NCBI GenBank assembly: GCA_965248265.1
Contig: CBDFJF010000001.1
Coordinates: 320,001-384,000 of the forward strand
DNA length: 64,000 bases
Source of the DNA: Candidatus Latescibacterota bacterium
GTDB taxonomy: Bacteria > Latescibacterota > UBA2968 > UBA8231
Direction of reading: 5' to 3'
Shown: piece after piece, positions 60,058 through 64,000 of the stretch
How positions within the stretch are numbered: position 1 is the first letter of the stretch
Layout: the number at the start of each line of letters is the position of its first letter
Translations under genes and position numbers: made by a program
Notes under the pieces: generated by a model
What the model was told of the DNA's origin: nothing
The model's database searches: none
Seen by the model: the letters and a program-made list of their open reading frames with translations, nothing else

Positions 60058-60076
60058 AAGGAGGAAGATTTCGAAT

Positions 60077-60116
60077 AAAAAGCGCCCCGGGAGGTTGGTT
60101 TCCCGGGGCGCTTTTT
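60077..60116. terminator. Bidirectional intrinsic terminator
   Basis: AAAAAGCGCCCCGGGA-loop-TCCCGGGGCGCTTTTT between convergent genes. Confidence 0.9.
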
Positions 60117-60141
60117 CGTTCTTGGACGACCTGCCGCAAAC

Positions 60142-62346
60142 TCAACGTCGCGCGCTGAGCTGTCTCTGGCGCGCATAGTCCAGCACACCTTTGACGATCT
60201 TCTCGGCATCTCGGTGACGCAGCTGCTCAAAGCGCAGTGCCCAGGCGTGGTCTACGTAGGCGAGGTTTCTAAGCTCGACCAGAACCTTCACTCCTGCGGG
60301 GTTGTTCCGCAACACACCCAAGTCCTGACCCCGGGTGCGGGCTCCGGCCCCGAGGGCCGGCAGCAGAGATTGGGCGAATCGCCTGGAGGGGTTGTCTCGT
60401 CGTCGTCCATCGCGGCTCTCATAGTAGAGAACCAGCGGGGCTTCCGGGGCTCGGGGTTCTTTGTCTGCGTGAAACGACAGAAACACGCAGCGATTGCTGG
60501 GAATTCCGGATAATGCCTCCCGGGCGATGCGCACGCGGGCGTCCAGGTTGCCATTTCGGCCACCCACAGGCCAATTCCCTCTCCGGTTGCGTTTGTTCAG
60601 GCCGAGGCTGTTGTAGACTTCGTTCTTTTCATTGACGAAGGTCAGCGATGGCGGCCCATTCTGGCGAATCAGGTGATTTGGACTCAGAAGGGTCATGTGC
60701 ACTCGTGCACCGTGCAATCTCAACAGCACGTAGGCCCGCAGGGCGATGTCGTACACGTACTCATCCTCAACCACGTACAATTCGTTGCCGTTACCATCGT
60801 GGGTCTTGACGACTGCACCGGGATCGAGTCCACCATGACCCGGGTCGAGAACGAGGTGCCATCCCTGCAGCGCACTGCTTAGCCTGCCAAGTCGCTTGAC
60901 CGCCCGTTCGAATCCCTCCCAGACTTTGGTGGCCTGCCTGTAGGTGGCCAGGGGAGATCTCGGATGCTCCTCGTAGTAGGTGAGTGACCGCTGTTGATCG
61001 GCCTTTGGCCGGGTTTTGAAATAGGGTCCGTTGCCGAGGACGATGCGGTTCAGGCCACGCGGCGCAATCTGGAGATCGGCCCACCGAATTTCCGACTGCT
61101 TGAGCCAGTTGCGGTTGCCCAGGATCGGACGCACCCGGAGCTGTTGGCCCGGATGTATGACCGAACCCTTAATGCCGTTGAGTTTCTTGATCTCGCCCAC
61201 GGTCATCTGATGCAGCCTTGCGATCTCGCTGAGGTTGTCTCCCTTGATGATCTGATAGACGGCGTGCCGGGACGCCCGCTCCGAGTTCAAGGTGAGCTCC
61301 TGTCCCGGATAAATGCGATCCGACGTCAGACCGTTGAGTTCCTTGAGCTCACCCACCTTCATGCCATAGGCGCGCGCGATTTCCCACAGGGCATCACCGC
61401 GCTCGACCACGTGTGTCGCCGTGGACACCTGTCGCAGCCGCAGCTTTTGCCCGACCAGGATGCGGTCTCCCTCGACGCCGTTGATCTCCTTCAGCGCGGA
61501 AAGCTTGAGTTGGTAGCGCACCGCGATTTCCGATAGCGTCTCGCCGCGCCGCACAATGTGGACACCCTCATCCTCCCTCGAGGGCCGTACGCGGAGTTTC
61601 TGTCCCGGCAAGATGCGATCCTTCTTCAGCTGATTGAGTTGTCGCAACAGGCCCAGGCCGACGTCGAAGCGTTGGGCGATTTCGGAAAGGGTGTCGCCGC
61701 CGCGGACGACGTATTCGCGAACTTCCTCCTCTTCGGAGTCGGTCGGAGTAGGGGGAGGGGTGTTTCTCGTGGACATCGCAGGCGCAGATCGTCGACGCAG
61801 GACGAGGCGTTGGCCGATGGCGATATGATTTCCATCCACGATGCCGTTGAGTTTGCGCAGAGTAGCCAGTCTGACACCGTACAACTGGCTAATGGCAGAA
61901 AGCGTCTCACCGCGTCGAACTGTGTGGTTGGCCGGCTCCTGCTCCTCACGCGCATTCCTGCCCGGCAGGCGCAGCTTCACACCGACGGTGATGCGATCGT
62001 GAGTCAGACCATTGGCCCGTTTCAAGCGGCGGACACTGACACCGGCCCTAGCCGCAATACCCGAAAGAGTATCTCCACCGCGGACAAGGTAGTGACCACC
62101 CCCGCCAGACGCGGAAACAGCCAGCTGTTGGCCGACAAGAATGCGGTCACTGGCTAGGCGATTCCATTGTTTCAATTGGCTCACACTGACTCGATAACGC
62201 AGGGCAATGGTGCTGAGCGTCTCCGTCGCCTGGACGGTATGCCCCCGCCTGTGCGGCGGTCTGTCGGCCTTTCCGGCTTCCAGCTCGGTGTCGAACAGCA
62301 ACACGACAACGAGCGCTGCGGCCAGGACGTAGCAGTACCTGGTCAT
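60142..62346 (-). CDS. Multi-LysM (7x) N-acetylmuramoyl-L-alanine amidase (Amidase_3)
   Basis: Signal peptide, seven V..G.TL..IA....V..L...N.L repeats, LDPGHGG, E in VEDE, LSFHAD, VLVE. Confidence 0.9.
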   Translation of the reverse strand: MTRYCYVLAAALVVVLLFDTELEAGKADRPPHRRGHTVQATETLSTIALRYRVSVSQLKQWNRLASDRILVGQQLAVSASGGGGHYLVRGGDTLSGIAARAGVSVRRLKRANGLTHDRITVGVKLRLPGRNAREEQEPANHTVRRGETLSAISQLYGVRLATLRKLNGIVDGNHIAIGQRLVLRRRSAPAMSTRNTPPPTPTDSEEEEVREYVVRGGDTLSEIAQRFDVGLGLLRQLNQLKKDRILPGQKLRVRPSREDEGVHIVRRGETLSEIAVRYQLKLSALKEINGVEGDRILVGQKLRLRQVSTATHVVERGDALWEIARAYGMKVGELKELNGLTSDRIYPGQELTLNSERASRHAVYQIIKGDNLSEIARLHQMTVGEIKKLNGIKGSVIHPGQQLRVRPILGNRNWLKQSEIRWADLQIAPRGLNRIVLGNGPYFKTRPKADQQRSLTYYEEHPRSPLATYRQATKVWEGFERAVKRLGRLSSALQGWHLVLDPGHGGLDPGAVVKTHDGNGNELYVVEDEYVYDIALRAYVLLRLHGARVHMTLLSPNHLIRQNGPPSLTFVNEKNEVYNSLGLNKRNRRGNWPVGGRNGNLDARVRIAREALSGIPSNRCVFLSFHADKEPRAPEAPLVLYYESRDGRRRDNPSRRFAQSLLPALGAGARTRGQDLGVLRNNPAGVKVLVELRNLAYVDHAWALRFEQLRHRDAEKIVKGVLDYARQRQLSARR

Positions 62347-62471
62347 GGACCAATCGAGTGCTATAATGTGATGGTTGAGGAACAAAAACAGGGGGAGACA
62401 GCGGGGGGTGAAGCACCGTAAGTATAACTCCAACCTGGCGATAGCGCAAAGTTTGCGCTATCATCCTCAAG

Positions 62472-63920
62472 GTGAAAGAAAGCGTTAAATCGTTACCCTC
62501 CGTGGACCAAATTCTCAATCTGGAGTCCACAACTGAGCTGCTGCGCAGGTACCGGCGGGAGCACGTCACCGCGACGGTTCGCCGGGCACTGCAAGAGCTG
62601 CGCGAAGAGCTGATCGCGCAGGTGAAGGCTACCAACGGCGCATCCACGGCGCCGGGGTCGACTACCCGTGACTCGCTGACGGCTCGAGTCGAGTCCATGA
62701 TTGCCGTGGCCCTTGGCGCCGAAAACCAGGCCAGCCTCCATCCCGTCATCAACGCAACCGGAGTTATCCTTCACACCGGTCTGGGGCGCGCGCCGCTGCC
62801 GGCGCAGGCTCTGGAGGCGATCCGAGATGTGGCCGGGAGTTACTGCAACCTGGAACTCGACCTGCAGTCGGGTGATCGGGGTTCGCGCTTCGTCCATATT
62901 GAACCACTGATCTGCGAACTCTCCGGCGCCGAGGCGGCCGTGGTCGTCAACAACAACGCGGGAGCGGTGCTGCTGATGTTGAGCGTTCTCGCGTGTGGCC
63001 GTGAGGTCATCGTCTCCCGCGGCGAACTGGTCGAGATAGGGGGCTCCTTCCGAATTCCCGACATAATAGAAGCCAGTGGCGCCACGATTCGCGAAGTCGG
63101 AACAACGAATCGAACCCATTTAGCCGACTATGAAAATGCGATCTCCGCGGATACCGGACTTATCCTGGCCGTCCATCCGAGCAATTACAGGGTCGAGGGC
63201 TTCACCTCGGGAGTCGATCTGACCGAACTCGTCGAACTCGGAACGCGCGCCGGGGTTGCGGTGGCCTACGACCTGGGAGGAGGTGCCCTGATGGATCTCG
63301 CAGAATGGGGTCTGCCGCGCGAACCGGTCGTCGGGCAGGCGCTGGCGACTGGCGTTGACGTGGTCAGCTTCAGTGGGGACAAAGTGCTCGGCGGCCCCCA
63401 GGCCGGGATCATAGCCGGCAAGCAGGGCTGTGTGCAGGCCATGCGGAATCATCCGATGATGAGGGCCTTGCGCTGTGACAAGCTCATACTCGCCGCTCTC
63501 GAGGCGACCCTCAAGCTCTACAACCTGCCCCCCGCTGAGATTACCGAACTCCATCCCGTGTTGCGCATGCTCTGCGAGCCGGCAGACCTGACGCAGGCGC
63601 GAGCAAGGCAACTGCTCGGCATGCTTTCCTCGCGAGCCCGGTCGCAACTGTCGCCACAGGTCGAAGCCTCGAAAGCGCAAGGCGGCAGCGGCGCCCTGCC
63701 TTTAGTGGAACTCCCCAGCTGGGCCCTGTCATTGGCGCCCCGTTTTTGCACCATAGTGCAATTGGCGCGGGCACTACGCAACGGCGCCGTGCCGGTGGTC
63801 GGACGAATACAGAAGGACAGGCTCCTCCTCGATGTGCGCACGGTGTTCGACGGTGATATCGAACTCCTCGCCAGTGCCCTGGAGGCTGCACTCCCAGCCC
63901 CGGACGGCACCGACGCGTAG
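62472..63920 (+). CDS. selA: L-seryl-tRNA(Sec) selenium transferase
   Basis: VINATGVILHTGLGRA, VNNNAGA, SRGELVEIGGSFRIP, EVGTTNRTH, FSGDK.LGGPQAG. Confidence 0.96.
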   Translation: MKESVKSLPSVDQILNLESTTELLRRYRREHVTATVRRALQELREELIAQVKATNGASTAPGSTTRDSLTARVESMIAVALGAENQASLHPVINATGVILHTGLGRAPLPAQALEAIRDVAGSYCNLELDLQSGDRGSRFVHIEPLICELSGAEAAVVVNNNAGAVLLMLSVLACGREVIVSRGELVEIGGSFRIPDIIEASGATIREVGTTNRTHLADYENAISADTGLILAVHPSNYRVEGFTSGVDLTELVELGTRAGVAVAYDLGGGALMDLAEWGLPREPVVGQALATGVDVVSFSGDKVLGGPQAGIIAGKQGCVQAMRNHPMMRALRCDKLILAALEATLKLYNLPPAEITELHPVLRMLCEPADLTQARARQLLGMLSSRARSQLSPQVEASKAQGGSGALPLVELPSWALSLAPRFCTIVQLARALRNGAVPVVGRIQKDRLLLDVRTVFDGDIELLASALEAALPAPDGTDA

Positions 63921-63935
63921 GGGGAGGGCAAGAAG

Positions 63936-64000
63936 GTGACGGGCCTGAGGAGTCTGCTTGTGGTCAGTCGCCTGGTCTTGATCTGCGGGCTCGCCGCTTG
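63936..64000 (+). CDS. Start of an exported protein, truncated by the window edge
   Basis: GGAGG upstream, GTG start, hydrophobic signal-like VTGLRSLLVVSRLVLICGLAA. Confidence 0.4.
   Translation, partial: MTGLRSLLVVSRLVLICGLAA

Overview
A 64 kb, GC-rich (about 60% by eye) bacterial chromosome segment. The FlgD-Ig/T9SS-A-type C-terminal sorting domains, cohesin/dockerin-like surface protein and GAF-hybrid kinases suggest an FCB-group organism such as Latescibacterota or a Gemmatimonadota relative (inference). Housekeeping genes include hflX, lon, glnD, purA, def, larE, selA, a LysM amidase and tRNA-Asp(GTC). They surround an accessory-looking middle region with an exosortase locus and its adjacent IPxxSxW-CTERM repeat beta-propeller substrate, two-component genes, catabolic enzymes and at least five decaying genes. 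The main finding is a five-gene, translationally coupled minus-strand operon at 37620-44646 built from flagellar C-ring (switch) parts, with no other flagellar genes in the window. The order is sigma-54 response regulator, fliM lacking the CheY-binding peptide, fliN, FliN fused to an FGE/SUMF1-like domain, and FliG fused to a GAF-like/histidine kinase/receiver module. In the FliG fusion the torque domain is replaced at the MFxF hinge by the kinase, and a FliF-C-terminus-like peptide is built in. A sigma-54 -24/-12 motif and two TGT-N12-ACA enhancer-like boxes lie upstream. This looks like a flagellar switch complex repurposed as a cytoplasmic signalling scaffold. All family assignments come from motif recognition by eye; no searches were run.
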